The notes under the pieces were generated by a model that did no database searches, was not told where the DNA came from, and saw nothing but the letters and a program-made list of their open reading frames with translations. A stretch of DNA of 64,000 nucleotides from Bugula neritina (taxonomy: Eukaryota; Animalia; Bryozoa): the NCBI GenBank assembly GCA_964035545.1, contig OZ037772.1, positions 9,727,150-9,791,149 on the forward strand, read 5' to 3'. Shown here piece by piece: positions 1 to 13,900 of the stretch; within the stretch, counting starts at the first letter, position 1, and every line of letters begins with the position of its first letter. The position numbers and the translations under genes are program-made.

Positions 1-2128
1 TACTATTTAAAAGTTTGTTCAAGTTAGATTTTTAGCTAACATAATTAATTTTAGGTTTCATCGGTAGAAAATACTGCTACCTTCCTATTAGAATCAGGGG
101 TATTCTTAGAAAATGGTAAGGTAAAGTGTGTCCAACAGTAAAAGTTTATTGTTGGGAAATTCTGGTTTTACGAAAGTGTTATCACCAAAACAAGTCTAAT
201 CAATGAAAATGTGGAGCAAGCTTCTCAAAGTTTACTGTTTAGCATACCTTCAAATCTAGAATTTAGAAAAAACTATCTATTGGAAGGCACAAGTTTGGGG
301 CTCTCAGTGGGACACCCCTGATTAGAGCAACAAAGGTACACATACTAGTTGGCTACATGAAGGAAGCAATGTCAGTTTCCTTTTAATTCATTTTCTGTAA
401 AGGAGGGAAATCACTTGATGCAGCACAAAGTTTAGAGTCACTAAGTGCATTGATTTGTGATTTGGAGTTTGGACAATGACCTGGACATTGTGACCCCAAA
501 AGTTGTGCTGCATCTATCAATCCAATATTAGATAAACTAAATTACATTACTAGTATCTTCACATGAACGTGTGACAGGAAACATGGAACACGTATAAACA
601 AATAGGTCTGATGCAATGTAGCATACAATAACAAAGTGTTTATAAATATTTTGTATCCAATATCTTTGATGAAATGATTGTGCAATAGATTAAACAAGTT
701 CCAAGTACCATTAGGAATTTGTGACGGAGATATAACACTGGTACATCCTAGAATTCATAGCATATTAGCAGCTGCTAATATTGCACTAAAATATCTTCTA
801 GTGCCAAGTGAATACCACAGTTATTATTGATATCCCTACTTGGGATTTAAAATTACTTTAATTATGTTACTAAAATAAATTTCCCCCATATTTTTCATTT
901 AAATTATCTTTTCAAACTGCCATTAAAATTATCTTTAAATTTCCAATTAAAATGGAAGATTTTACTTTGATGCAGTTGGCTGCTTCCAGTAGAAGATTAT
1001 AATTTATCTATGAAAATAATTAAAATCTGACTGCATTTTTAGGGAAACTTACCCCACCTTCCCCTACCATAGCTAACAATCTCTGGTACTTGGGCTAATT
1101 CCAATAAGCTAGAACAATTTACACGAAAACCGATGATGTCACCAGGTATGTGGTGTATGCCAGCATCTTTAGCTGTTTATCAACAACTGTTTGAGTAAGA
1201 GTGTCACAATGTAGCAGCTACTGTGCCAACTGTACAAGCCGAGGAATTCGAGAAACTCGACTATTAAGGCTGTAGAGTATTACCTCATAGTCTACTAACC
1301 TCTAATGACTGCTTGCTGTATATAACTTCATAACTTGAACTATTATTTCTACGTGAATGCAGTATAAAAGAAATAATTTCAAAGAATCGAAAATTAAAGA
1401 TTTAATTTCAGATTAGATGAAGTTCTATACCCACATAACTATTCTATTTGCTAGCCAGTCTATATGTATAAGAGTCATTCCCCTAACAAGCTATAGTCTA
1501 TTTCATGATGGGAGGACAACTCATAGAGAAAACTAATGAATTGTAATTATATAACATGTATCCTAATAAGAGAAAAACAATGTATTTTATATGAGTACAC
1601 TATATACTAAATCTAGGTGGGTATATACTATATACTATATCTAAGTAGATATATAGATATATATTATATATAAGTAGATATATAGGCTACTATAATGTAG
1701 CAACCCTGAATGCCAGGGTGTTGTCTTGATTTAGAAATTCAAAAGGCGTATCAATATATTGTACAAGTACAAAGAGAGTTACTGATTATTCCAATGGGAT
1801 GACTGCCAAAAATAGCTCAACTGAAATACAAGATATGTTTTAGAAGAAAGCTTCCAATAAATACTATTCTATAAACTTCCCTAAAATAGAAACAGGATAG
1901 AAAATTATTTTTAAATAACGCTGTATGAAAAAATTGAGCAAGAAAAGATAAATTCTGAGATAAATTTCAGTCTAGACTACTTACTACCGCCAATCGAGTT
2001 AATCTAAATATAGCACAACGTTTTGACTTCCACTGCCAACTTATTTTTAAATATTAGGAACTCCCAAAAATATGTTCTGTTTCATGTTTAAAGCCATAAA
2101 TCACACAAACATTCTATAGCATTATTAA

Positions 2129-2250
2129 CTAGTACCACCTACTAGCACCAGCTACTAGCACCACCTACTAGTACTACCTACTAGCACCAGCTACTAGGAC
2201 TACCTACTAGTACTACCTACTAGTACTACCTGCTAATACTACCAGCTAGC
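2129..2250. repeat. 13-bp minisatellite (TACTAGTACTACC-like), ~9 copies
   Basis: Direct inspection. Confidence 0.85.
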
Positions 2251-2807
2251 TTTAAAAACTTTACACCATTTACTATAATTGAAAGGCACCTGTCAATTAC
2301 ACCACACCCCTTAAAGCCAAAGGGGGAATGTTTGGAGCAAACTCAAAGTGCAAAATGACTCAACTTGGCCAACGTCACATGAATGTAGTGTGACAGTGAA
2401 ATTGAAAGCATGGAAAGCATGTCAATGTTCACATTTGATGCAAACAATAATAAATAAGCAACTTTGATGTAAACATAAACATGTCAGAGAGAAGCTAAGG
2501 TGATGAGCTGGCAATTTCGTCCTATGGAATCGCCCACTCATCGAGATATGGAAAACTCTTTAAAAATTATGGTATATTTTATTGATGGAATTATCTGCTC
2601 AATGCAACAAGACTGCAGGCATTGTACACAGTGATACAACCACCAAAAGAATTGCCTACTCAATACAGCTTACAAACTGTACCATATACACTACCTAAGA
2701 AATTATCTTCCCCTGATGTAGAATACTAATTAAACCGCATTATTAAGGTACAGGACACCACAGGAATTGTCTACCCACTACGACATACTATAGAATCGTC
2801 TACTCAC

Positions 2808-4156
2808 TGTGGCATGTCTCCAGGAATGTAGAATATCTTTTATATTGGTTACAGGTCTCAGGAGGAGAAAATTCCTAAACTCTTCCCAATTTATCATGTT
2901 AGACTTGTCTTCATCCATTCTAACAGCACAAGTTTATTTGTAGATATAACATTACATGATATTATGTTACATAATACAATATTATTATAAAATTATATTA
3001 CATATAAATAAATAATAATTAAATATCTCACACTACTATACAGTCTAATATTAACAGTAAACAGTAAATCAAAGCTACGAAGAAATTCATATACAATAAA
3101 GCGAACTGTGAGTGAAAATCTTGATAAACCAAAGAATGTGAGAGAAACTGGAACAGCTGTGATTGGCTCACCTTTTGAGGAGTAGCTCCGCCTCCTCTCT
3201 ATCAATATCAATACCCAGGTTCTTGAAAGAGGAAATTATCTCCTCAATGTCCAGCAGACCTTTAAATAGTTAACAAGTTGTAAATTTCTTTACAAAACAA
3301 ACTTCGAAAGACAAAAAGCAACTATAAAATATTACGTTAGCCAACACCTAAAAGTAGCATTCTCAGTGAGCTAGTAGTAGGTAAACGAGTGTTTGAAGTT
3401 AACCTGTATCATTGTCTACATATCAGTGGGTTTTCACTATTTCTTTCAATTTCAATTACAAAAGAAAAGCAAACCTATTAATGCACAGTGCATTTAGAAT
3501 TAGTAGTGGAGAAATTGAGATCACCAAAATTCTTTGACTGTATTATCAAATTTTGGTTTAGAGCGTGGGTGTAAATTTTCACAAGAAAATAACTTCTTTT
3601 GCTACATTTCTAATCTAGAACACAGGCTTTTCACAATGTCTTTATTACGGCACCCAGCTCAATCCCTGGGGGATAAAAATAATTCTCGAAATCAGCTGAT
3701 TTTTAATAATTTGCTTTTTAGTAAGAAGCTGTTAATCGTTTACTACTCACATGTCTGCCTTATTCAAAAAGAGGACACAACTCTAATTCATGTAAAGCAA
3801 GTCAACTGCTAGCATTGAAGAATGAAAAGTATTATATTTTCTAAAGGTCAGACAGTGTGGTGGTATAAGAGGAGGAAATAAAACTTCACCAAATGAGAAT
3901 TTTGTATGATAATTAGCTTTTGTAGAAATCAATATAATATAATATTTTGAATTAATAGAATTGTACAGCGCAGGCATGTGGGTTACATGTCAAACTTGTT
4001 ATAATGTAAACGAACCATCATTTTTAGAGTCTAGTTTACTAAACTGTAGATGTAAATTTTTCTCATGTTCTGTTAGGTACTCCACCAGTTCCAGTAGGTC
4101 TAGCTTCCCGTCATTGTTGGAGTCAGACTTCTTTATTATTTTCTATAAAATATACA

Positions 4157-4237
<81 letters not shown>

Positions 4238-6067
4238 TGGTACTACGTAGTAGTGGTAGTAGTAGTAGTAGTGGCAGTAGTAGTAGTAGTAGTGGCAGTA
4301 GTAGTAGTAGTAGTAGTGGTAGTAGTAGTTAGTAGTAGTAGTATAGTGGTAGTAGTAGTAGTAGTTAGTAGTAGTAGTAGTGGTAGTAGTGATAGTAGTA
4401 GCAGTGTATAAGATTCATATTAACCACCACTTCTCACTAGTCGCTACCAACAATGATATATTATATTATATTGCTCTGCCATACAATATAACTGAACACG
4501 AAGTATCAGCCAAATTAAATCTGAAAAGCCATTAACATTGAAAGGGCAAGTCAGTTACCTACAACATGTTATGACAGTATTGCCCTTATACTAAGATATT
4601 TTATTACTCTAAGTGGATAGAATTACATATGAAATACTGCTCACGGTGTAATTAGACTGGAAGGCAAATAGCAACTAGTCTACTTTGATACTTCTTATAA
4701 CTAATCAACAAGTATATGCAAATCAAAGACTCGGCCAAAGGGGATAAAAGAGTCTATAAGTGAATGTCTGCTAGCAGCAGCTAAAAGCAAATATTGCATC
4801 TCAAATACTAAACTCTGTCATTGATGCTGAATTATAGCTCAGGAAATTACATGTTACAGAAAAACTCACTTTAGTTTATAGTCGCTATCCCTGTTTTTAA
4901 AGCAGGCTAAGGACTTACTCAGATGTGGCACTGTAGGAGCAATTATGACTGGATGTTCTTCCTACATCACCAATGGCCTTTACTAGGGTTCAAACCCATG
5001 ACTTTGTGTTTACTAAATCACTGTTACTCCCTTAAATTTTGCACAGAAAGGAAGACTAAATTTCATTTCCACATTTCAAGTGTTTTACTCATTAATTAGT
5101 CTGCAAAAGTCATTACCTGCAGATCACAATGGCTGCAGAATTCACATACTAAGGGTGACCAAAACCTGCATATTTACTTGCTATTTGAAAGCAAAGTAAA
5201 CCTAAATTTCTTCTCCTCCCAGGAATATTTAGCTGTTGTACGTTCCCACATAGTAATGAATTACTACATACCACCAACTCATGTTCAATATTGTGGCCTA
5301 ACAAATGGAGTATCCCTACTATTGTGTAGCACTATGCATGCACTACTGAGTACTAGCTTATCCACAACACTCAAGAGTAAATGGGGGCAAATTTGTTACT
5401 CATATGTGCTACCATTTCAGTTCTTCCAAAAAGCAACCAATTAAATTTGACTTTTAAAGCATGAATTTTAGACAGGAATAATATCAGCAAAGTTTTAGTA
5501 TTTAATCAAGACTAAAAAGAAATACTTTTAAAAGAAATTTGAATTTTTGTCTGTAGTTAACAACCAGAATTAATACCATAAAAATATATGAGAAAGGCCT
5601 AATGAAAGTGTTTTTTGTTAAAGCAGTTTAAGGAAATATTCAGATGAGGTACAAGAGCAATTATGACTGGATGCTCTTGTCAGGTTCGAACCCATGACTT
5701 CGTGCTTACTAGTCAAAAGCTCTAACCTCTAGACCATGGCTGCTCCTTACCATTAAAATATATCTACCAGGTGCTTATTTAAACGCCTGAAAATAACACT
5801 TGTAGATCTAAGTTAGGAGCGACATTCATGGGATGAAAGCGACAAAATATCATTCTAAATTACCTGAGCAGTTTGTGACTGGTTGCCCAGTCCCATGGCA
5901 CTGAGGGCCTGAGTGAGATCTGCTATGCATATTGTGCCGTCTTTATTGACGTCCAGTTTACTGAATAGTTCTGCATATCTCTTCTGTCTCTCTTGCTCTG
6001 ATTCCTTGCTATAGTTCCCCCAATGAGAGGCCGGAGTTGGTTGGGTGACCCGTCTGTCCCCCGACAT
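2808..6067 (-). CDS. Calcium-binding mitochondrial carrier (SCaMC; SLC25A24/A25/A23-like), N-terminal EF-hand exons; carrier domain presumably beyond the left edge of the window
   Basis: Exons 5864-6067, 4016-4142, 3172-3259 and 2808-2919 have GT-AG borders and join in frame (177 aa): YAELFSKLDVNKDGTICIADL...SDSNNDGKLDLLELVEYLTEHEKNLHLQFSKLDSKNDGLLDIEEI...LLLKRMDEDKSNMINWEEFRNFLLLRPVTNIKDILHSWRHAT. Four EF-hand loops plus EHEK.L...F and WRH are typical of SCaMC N-termini. Confidence 0.88.
4157..4402. repeat. (TAG)n/(GTA)n microsatellite next to a SCaMC splice acceptor
   Basis: Direct inspection. It explains the poly-V/poly-S ORF. Confidence 0.97.
4864..5031 (-). mobile_element. Same SINE family copy
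   Basis: Reverse complement of core (GGAGCAATTATGACTGGATG..CATCACCAATGGCC) and head. Confidence 0.8.
5609..5746 (-). mobile_element. Same SINE family copy, internally deleted
   Basis: GAGCAATTATGACTGGATGCTCTT joined directly to GGTTCGAACCCATGAC...AGACCATGGCTGCTCC. Confidence 0.75.
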
Positions 6068-6870
6068 TCTTCAAGTAAAAGTGAAATGAACTTCTGCTAA
6101 AATAAGATTAGCTTGACTGAAAACTTTCACAGACTAAGAGATTTAAAACCAGTCTTTGTAAGAATCAAATGTTGACTTAAATTCGCACATGAACATAGAA
6201 TAAAAACTATAAGGGTCATTTTACTTAGTTTATTACACACTTGATATCTCTAGTTTTGACTCTTTTTTACAATTTAGCTGCTAATATATATGTTTTTGCC
6301 CTGAACAAATACAACTAAACAACTTGAGTTGTTTTCTAATTTTGCCTGAATTTCGATATTTTTTCCTAACTTTTTAGTAATAGGGGGAGAGTTATGGTTT
6401 TTTCATAATGATCCGCAACCAAGTTTTAATTACCAATATGGCAATTATTAGCACTTTATTTCCCCAGGTTTCCCTCTCAGCTTTTTTTTTTGCAAATACT
6501 TTGTAATAATGATAAAAATATTACTAATAGTACTAGCGTATATGCTAATACAGTAGTAGTTATAGTATTGGAATTATTAGTATTACTATTAGTATTAATA
6601 CTACTAGTACTACTAGTATTAGTAATAGTAAAGCTAAATGTAATATTAATATCAATAATATTTTATGTCATAGATAGAATTATCAACATTATCTTACTGA
6701 CCTAAATACTAAAGTAAAAACTATGGGCATTACTAAAAGTGTTCACTCAGAGTCACACAGTTAGAGGTACTGTTAGTACTAGTGGTAGTACTAGCTCTAC
6801 TGCGAGTACTAGTACTACTACTATTACTAGCAACAGTAGAAGTAAATGTAATAGTATGAGTATGCATATA

Positions 6871-8641
6871 CAGTGATGTGAAAAAGTTTAAGAACGCTTG
6901 CAGAAATTTCTATGTATCTTGTTTAATAGGCATTTCTTGTAAGTTCTTAATATTTTCCTGCAAGTTCTATATATCAAAATGACCCTTAGGATGTGCTCTA
7001 CAATTTCTATCTTCTAAATTCTTGCTGTTGTGATGTTTTCTACCCATTTTTGGGCCAACTGCACAGGCAGCTAAGGAAGCGCAACTCCTGTATTTTTATG
7101 TAACCAAAGTTTATCGACTTTTATAACCACAAAAGGCTAAATAGTGAAATTTGACTTTGTGCATGGCATCATGATATCATAAAGTATAACTTTCTTTTAT
7201 AATTTTAAATATGTCATTTAGCTGTGAGCTTTTACATGGTGTCCACTTGGGTGCTGCCCATAGACTAAATGAGAGCTGTAAATCTTCCTTCAGAGACAAA
7301 GTTTGTAATAATTTTCTTGCACAAAGAAGGTTATTCAATTAGAAAAATATCTGAAAAGGTTGGCAAAGTAAAGACAACTGTACATCAAATTATCAAGAAA
7401 TTTATGGACACCGGTAGTGTAGCAGATGGACCTGAAAATAGCCGACCAAAAATAAGCACACCTAGAGATGACAAGGTTCTCATTGGGATCAGCAAGAAAG
7501 ATTGCCATAAAACAAGTCTTGAGTAGGCAAGGAATAGTCAGAATCAACAGGAACACCAGCTTCAACATCCCTGATAAGGCAAGATTGCTGAGCTATGGTT
7601 TACATGGCCGCAAAGCAAGAGGAAGCCTCAACCAACCGAGAAGCAGCAAAAAAGCCGGTTACGGTAGACCAGGGAGCCTGGTAATTAGACAGTGAATGAT
7701 TAGAAAAAAAGTAATTTTTTCAGATGAATCCATATTTAATGTGAACAATCATGCTGGAAACTGTTGCGTTAAAAGATACCTGTATGAGAAATATAACCCC
7801 TAATGTATTCTTCGAACAATTAAGCACTCTATCGGTGTTATGTTCTGGGGTTGCATAACACGAAAAAGTGTAGGTCGACTCTTTAATTGCTCTGGAATGA
7901 TGTTAATGCTCAAAAATATATGGATAATCTTAATGCTAAACATCTTCCAATCATAAAAAACTTCTTTTTAAATGAAATTACCATATTTGAAGATGACAAT
8001 GCACCATGCCATTGGGCAAAAACTGTTAAAAAGTGGATGAAAAAGCAGAGGGTCTCAACGCTTAACTGGCCAGCACAAAGCCGGGACTTGAACCCAATAA
8101 GAAATTCATGGTCAAGAATGGCTAAAATAGTCTCTTCACAAAAGCCAACAACTAAGGTGACACTCATAGAGCCTGTAATTCATGCATGGCATCATGTCGT
8201 GACTGAAAAGGAGTTGGAGAAGCTGTACAAGTCGATGCCTCGTCGCTGCCGACTTGCGATTGAGAATAAAGGCTAGCCAACAAAATATTGATACTAAAAT
8301 TTAAAGCACTGTGTGTTGCAATGCTGCTATAATGTGTATAACAATTCACATATAATATTTTTCTATGTTTCAAGTAAAATATTCTGATGTCCTACAGTAC
8401 ACACAAATTGTGAGAACATTGAATAATTCCCATATATGCATAGTATCTCATTGTTTCACCCAATTTTTTGGAGGATGTAAAAAAGACACTTATAATTTAT
8501 ATGAATGAAATAAGGAGATCTTAAGGATCATTTTGATAGGCACCATGCCTGTGGAAATGCATTAGTTGTGTCTTAAAATTAGCTTGGAACATTGCCTTTA
8601 TGGAAAACAGGGAGGCGTCCTTAAACTTTTTCACAGCACTG
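6871..8641 (+). mobile_element. Tc1/mariner (Tc1-like) DNA transposon, full length but decayed
   Basis: TA target duplication at 6869-6870 and 8642-8643. TIRs CAGTGATGTGAAAAAGTTTAAGAACGC and reverse complement CAGTGCTGTGAAAAAGTTTAAGGACGC. Internal transposase remnants. Confidence 0.95.
7269..8276 (+). pseudogene. Tc1-family transposase pseudogene
   Basis: HTH (GYSIRKISEKVGKVKTTVHQII), VIFSDES near 7711, FEDDNAPCH and WPAQSRDLNPIRNSW (canonical SPDLNPIEN altered), SMPRRC. Broken by stops and frameshifts across several ORF fragments. Confidence 0.92.
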
Positions 8642-10984
8642 TACTTATACTACTAATAGTTAAGTCAACGTTAGTAGTTACTAATTACATTCGAGTTGAT
8701 AAGACTCACACTGAAACTGAGATTAAAACTAAAGCAACAAGTAATTGTAAGTATCAAGAGTTAGATTAAGCGCAAATTAAATTTAATTAATAAATTATTA
8801 ACTTTGACTTTGAGTGATAATCACAATGATTACCGTATTCATATTGATATTGTCATTCAGTTTGAATTTATTTATAATATTAATCATGATGAAGTTTTTG
8901 TGACTATAAATTATAATTATGATTATAAAATTAAAAATATTCATTGAATTTGATTCAGGTTGTCATTCAAATTGTGATTGTGATTGTCACTCACAGTCAC
9001 ACTCACACTGTGCTTAATAAACTTAAACTTAAAGTTAATTAATATATAAACTTAATATTTAAATTTTCAATCAAACTCCAACCCCAAATCTAAACCCACG
9101 TTTACTTAAAAATTGGAACTATACAATACTGCATTGATATTTTTCAAATCATCAAATAATAGAAACTATTATTATAGTGACAGTTGGTAAAGAGATTTGC
9201 AACACAATTCAAGTGCCAATCCAGGATTATTCGAGTGGTGAACAGGAAACAATAAACAAAATGAAACTGCGCTCAAGTTGTAGGCAAAGATCGTCAAGGA
9301 TGAGTGTTTGGCAATGATAAAATATAATATCGTCGGTAGAATAGGCGGATCGCCAGCTATATCATCTTCTCAGTCAATAGTAATAGGCGGCATATTTTAT
9401 CGATAGGTTATGTTAGAAGTCACTAAGAGCATCATCAGGTTGGGGGTCGACTTAGTGCAGAAATTGTATAGATAATTAGATACTGTTTGTGTCGAACACA
9501 AGTTGTGAAAACTTGGGATCCTTTCCCCGGTAATCATTCACCGACTTGGTGCTGCTTCAAGCGATCTTTGAGTTTCCTCAATAACGGTCTAATCGTTTAA
9601 TTAATATACCAGACGTTTAAAACATCGTAATATAATTGTGTTTCACCATTTATAACAAATAACTCGCTTGTAATGCGTGTAAATGATTATAATAAATAAT
9701 CATGTAATGCAAGATAAACCTCATATGATGCAAAAAATAAATACCAAGAACAAATCATGAACTGAGACATGGTGATTGAAACTGTTAATGTTTAATTGAA
9801 CTGGATAAAAAGTTGCAGCAGTGTGATATAAAGACAGGACAACCCTTAAAATGGAATCTTTGTAATAATTTTATAATTTAAGGTTCCAGTTAGTGCACGA
9901 ATTAAAATTTACTTTGTTGAGGTATAACTTGCAGTAAGTCATTCAATTCACAACATTATAAAATGTGCATAACCTTGCATTTGGCAGTAAAAGTGCTAAT
10001 TTTCACAAATCCTGACAAATCTAAAAAACATTATTATAGAATATTATTGTAAAATATTTAACGTGCATATAAGCTGTTGAAAACCAGTCAAGTATTAAGA
10101 TGATATTAGTCATAGTAAAGAATATTTACTGTCACTATGGAAACATTTAACCTTGAGATGAAAGGTCTATTATAACCTGCATAAAAGCTGTTAACACCAG
10201 AAAAGGTTGGCGAGAAATTTCACTGTGAATTTTGGCTACATTTTAACATGTCAGCAATAATTATAAAACAATGAACTAAAGCTAAAATTGTCATTTTTAT
10301 TGAGATGCAAAGTTTTTGCTAATTTTGCTTAATTATAATTAGCTTAAAATATACTTTGTTAACATCAAGTAAACCTGGCATTTGTAACAGTAAAACAGCT
10401 ACTATTGTATGCATAAAACAAAATGATGAACAAAGTTCTAAACTCTATCAGCCATGTGTAAATTCCACAAGCACAATAGAATTTTTTTTATCTAGGCGTT
10501 GTGTATTACAACATGATTTAGGGTTTGAAATGGCTGTTTTTATTCTCACCAAGTTATTTCAAAAAAGACTTTAGCCATGATGTGCAACTTGGAGATATTG
10601 ATTAATTCTAAATTTCAAAACCTTCTAGCACAAAAATACAGCCAACTGTATAAAAGTACATGATTGAGCATACGAACATAGGAGACTTGGGTATAGGTGG
10701 TATAGGGTGTATTGTGTAACTGTAAATACTATTACTATATTAAACAGGTTCCAACATGTTAATTTACTTGTATTTCTATTAAAATATGTGTTATAAATGC
10801 TATTAGGCTAGTAAACAAGAAGAAACTAAAAAAAGAACTTGAGATTTGATGAAATAATTCATTGCTATTCAAATCTAACAGTCGTGGCAGCAAAATGGGA
10901 TGCCTTTTTGGTGATACTTTGAGACTTGGGAGCTGGGAACAGTTCCTGATGTGTGAATGCAGCCAACTATGTGACCGAAAACTT

Positions 10985-13900
10985 TTACAAATGATCGGCT
11001 GAAGATCTCTTTGAAGATTTCTTCTTTGATAACTTCTTACGTGCTTTTTTTCCATTATCTGCTGCAACATCATTGGCTATATTTTCCGTTATATTTTCAA
11101 GAGGTTTGTCTGAGGCGTTTGTTGAAAGAGCTTTAGCGAGGCCCTTTAGAAGCATCTCCGACATTGTTTCCAAGTCGGTCTTTGAAAGAGTTGCGCTTGG
11201 TTTTTGACTTTGAGAAATCTCAAGTAGCCTTCTCTCAAGACTTTGTGAGAAGTTCACAGAATTTTTAGACATATTTTCATGAATGCTTTCAATCCTGCCT
11301 TTCAATGCTTTATCGGATAGTTTTTTTGACCCATTCTTTGACTTTTTTTTAGTTTTAATTGCTGGAAAACTTTTCGGAGTACTTTCAGAATGTTTCACCA
11401 CTGAACCTGTGGCAGATCTTTCCGTAAGAGAAGGTTTATGAGTATTTGTAGACGTTTTAGTTAAACTTTTAAAATCATTTTCAGATAAGGTTTTTGAATA
11501 AGTTTTTGCTGATTTTGTAAAAGTACCATCAGCAGACTTCATTGGGCCATCCCTGGAGGTACTATCATCGGAGCTTTTTTGACTGCCGGCTACTTTTGTT
11601 GAGTCTTCTACAGCAAAACTTATTTGGTTGTGACTTTGAAGAAATTCCGGTAGTTTTCTTCCAAAGATGGTTGATGCATCTTCTAAATTATCAACAAAAC
11701 TCATTCGAGCTGCCACTGTTACTTTACTCGAACCTGATGCCAGCTTTGTAGCGTGTTCTTGAGTTCGATTCATGCTATTTGATGGCAAACTTTCACCAAT
11801 TTTCTCTTTCACAATTTTCACAGTTTCTTTTTCTGAACTTTTAGCCGCAACATTAGGTTTACTGTTCAGTTTGATTGAATTAGTAGAAGGCCTTCTTGAG
11901 CTGTTTCTGGAAACAACTTTCTTGCGGGTTCTTAGTTGAATGTTGACCGGCTTTTCCGTAACTTTAGATTTGGATTCGCTTTTGAGTTTCGACTTGCTCA
12001 CAGTTTTTATTACAGTTTTTTCTTCTTTTCTAAAATAAATAATATATAAATGCGTGAAAATGACCTAAACAATTACAATGAACAGAATAATTGGTATATT
12101 TATGATCAAACAAATGTCTAGAGATCTAGGGATTAAAGTATTTGCTTAGTAAACACAAGGTCATGGGTTCAAACTCTGACCAAAGCCATTGATGATGTTA
12201 AAAAAAGCATTCAGTCATAAATGCTCGGTGCCCTATCTGATTAAGTCCTTGGCCTAATTTAAAAAGAAACCATTCCATCAGGGATCTCTCACGCAGGGAT
12301 GGCAAACATAAACTTGCTTATGCATAATATATACATAGGTAGACATGACATAACAAGTTTTTGCTGGTGCACAAGCATGCAACTAACACGTACTTCACTC
12401 CTGCAACTCGTTTTCACACCAGCGGCCATTTACTGTAAGAGTGATGGAAAAAGTTGAACAAAACTTTGAAATTTTTATTTAACTTGAGGTCAAAGTTCAT
12501 AAAAAATAGTTATCTCCTACATATCAAGTCGACAAGCATCTGAATAATATAGTAGTAAAGGGGGTTAGTTTGATTCAATAATAAACAATTGGCCACGTCG
12601 TAGATACATCCTTGAAATATAGCCTAAGCACTTAATAAATGTATTAAATACTGTGGCTGGTAATCACAAGCCCTGAAGACTGTATACAGTTTTTGGGAAT
12701 ATAACTATATAGTACCAGCTGAACGCACTTACTCTTCCTTTTTCTTCCTTCTCCGTCTTATAAAGCGACTATAAAGTGTATAAGCCCTGGAATATAGAAT
12801 ACAAGAGAATTAGACAGATATATTTATATATTTGCATTGCAGTATGTTATGCCAATACCTATGTTTTAGATTCTAAAGCTACATTCAGTCTAATGGGATA
12901 GTTTGCTATATATTAGTTTGAAATATAAATTACTTCAACTATATAATTATCCATCATTATATGAATGAAGTTCTTTTTTGATACTGCAGCTTTCTAATTG
13001 GTCAAGACCTCAATAACTTAGTCTTTGCTAAATTTTCTTTTTATAAGCTTTGTGTAGCTTTTAATTACAACGTTACATAATATTATTATATATAAACACA
13101 CAATATTATAATATACATAAACACATAGTATAATATACACAAACAAACATAATATGATATAATATACTTTGTAGTTCCTGAGTCTGTATCCAAGGCATCA
13201 AACTTCTCAAGTAACTTTTCAATACCAAAACAACTACAATGAAGAGACAAGGAATAAATATTAAAGGTGTTCCTATGATAACCTGACAGACTGAATGCCA
13301 ACTAATTTTTGAAAATTGGAGTCTAGCTCATTTTATTTTGTAATATGCTCTATTTACGTGCATCTATTTATTGCTTAATACATTGATGCAATTATATTAT
13401 ATATCACATTATATTATCATAATATTATATTATATTATATATTACCTTATATATAGAAATAAATGTGTAGATGTTGTATAGTAATATAATGAAATTTTGC
13501 ATATAAATTTTATCTCTTATACTAAAAATAAATTTATGTATACATAGATACAAGATTTCATAAATAATATAAAATTTTAACGAAACAATGTAGCAATATT
13601 TAAAAACAGCACAATTTATAAATATATAGGATATACAACAATACTGCAGTATGTTACTGCTTATAAATTTCTGGTCGGTGCTATACACACACACTTGCAC
13701 ACGCATGAGCACACACACACATAATAAAACAGAAATATATATATATATATATATATAAAAAACATTTTTATATAAAAATAAAACATTTTATTGTGATTAG
13801 AATATAGAGAGATATCATAACACAAATGGTATAAACCTCTAAACACAGCTTAATAGTATATGACTAACATAGTTGTATTATTTCAAACAAGTAAAATATT

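Noticed and set aside
55-780. Coding-looking stretch on plus (KFIVGKFWFYESV...WKAQVWGSQWDTPD)
   Set aside because: Multiple stops, no start codon and no recognisable family. Possibly an old TE remnant but unsupported.
3961-4332. 123-aa poly-Val/poly-Ser ORF
   Set aside because: Antisense to a SCaMC exon plus translation of a (GTA)n microsatellite.
10759-11751. Small ORFs overlapping the last exon of gene A (similarly 22131-22400, 46350-46574, 51431-51892)
   Set aside because: Alternative-frame or antisense shadows of real exons with no independent support.
12733-13233. ITIM/ITAM motifs in receptor tails
   Set aside because: Tyr contexts (TLYSRF and KTYSKT in A; KMYEFYEGA in B) do not fit ITIM or ITAM consensus. 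There is no charged TM residue, so a classical activating/inhibitory pair is not supported.
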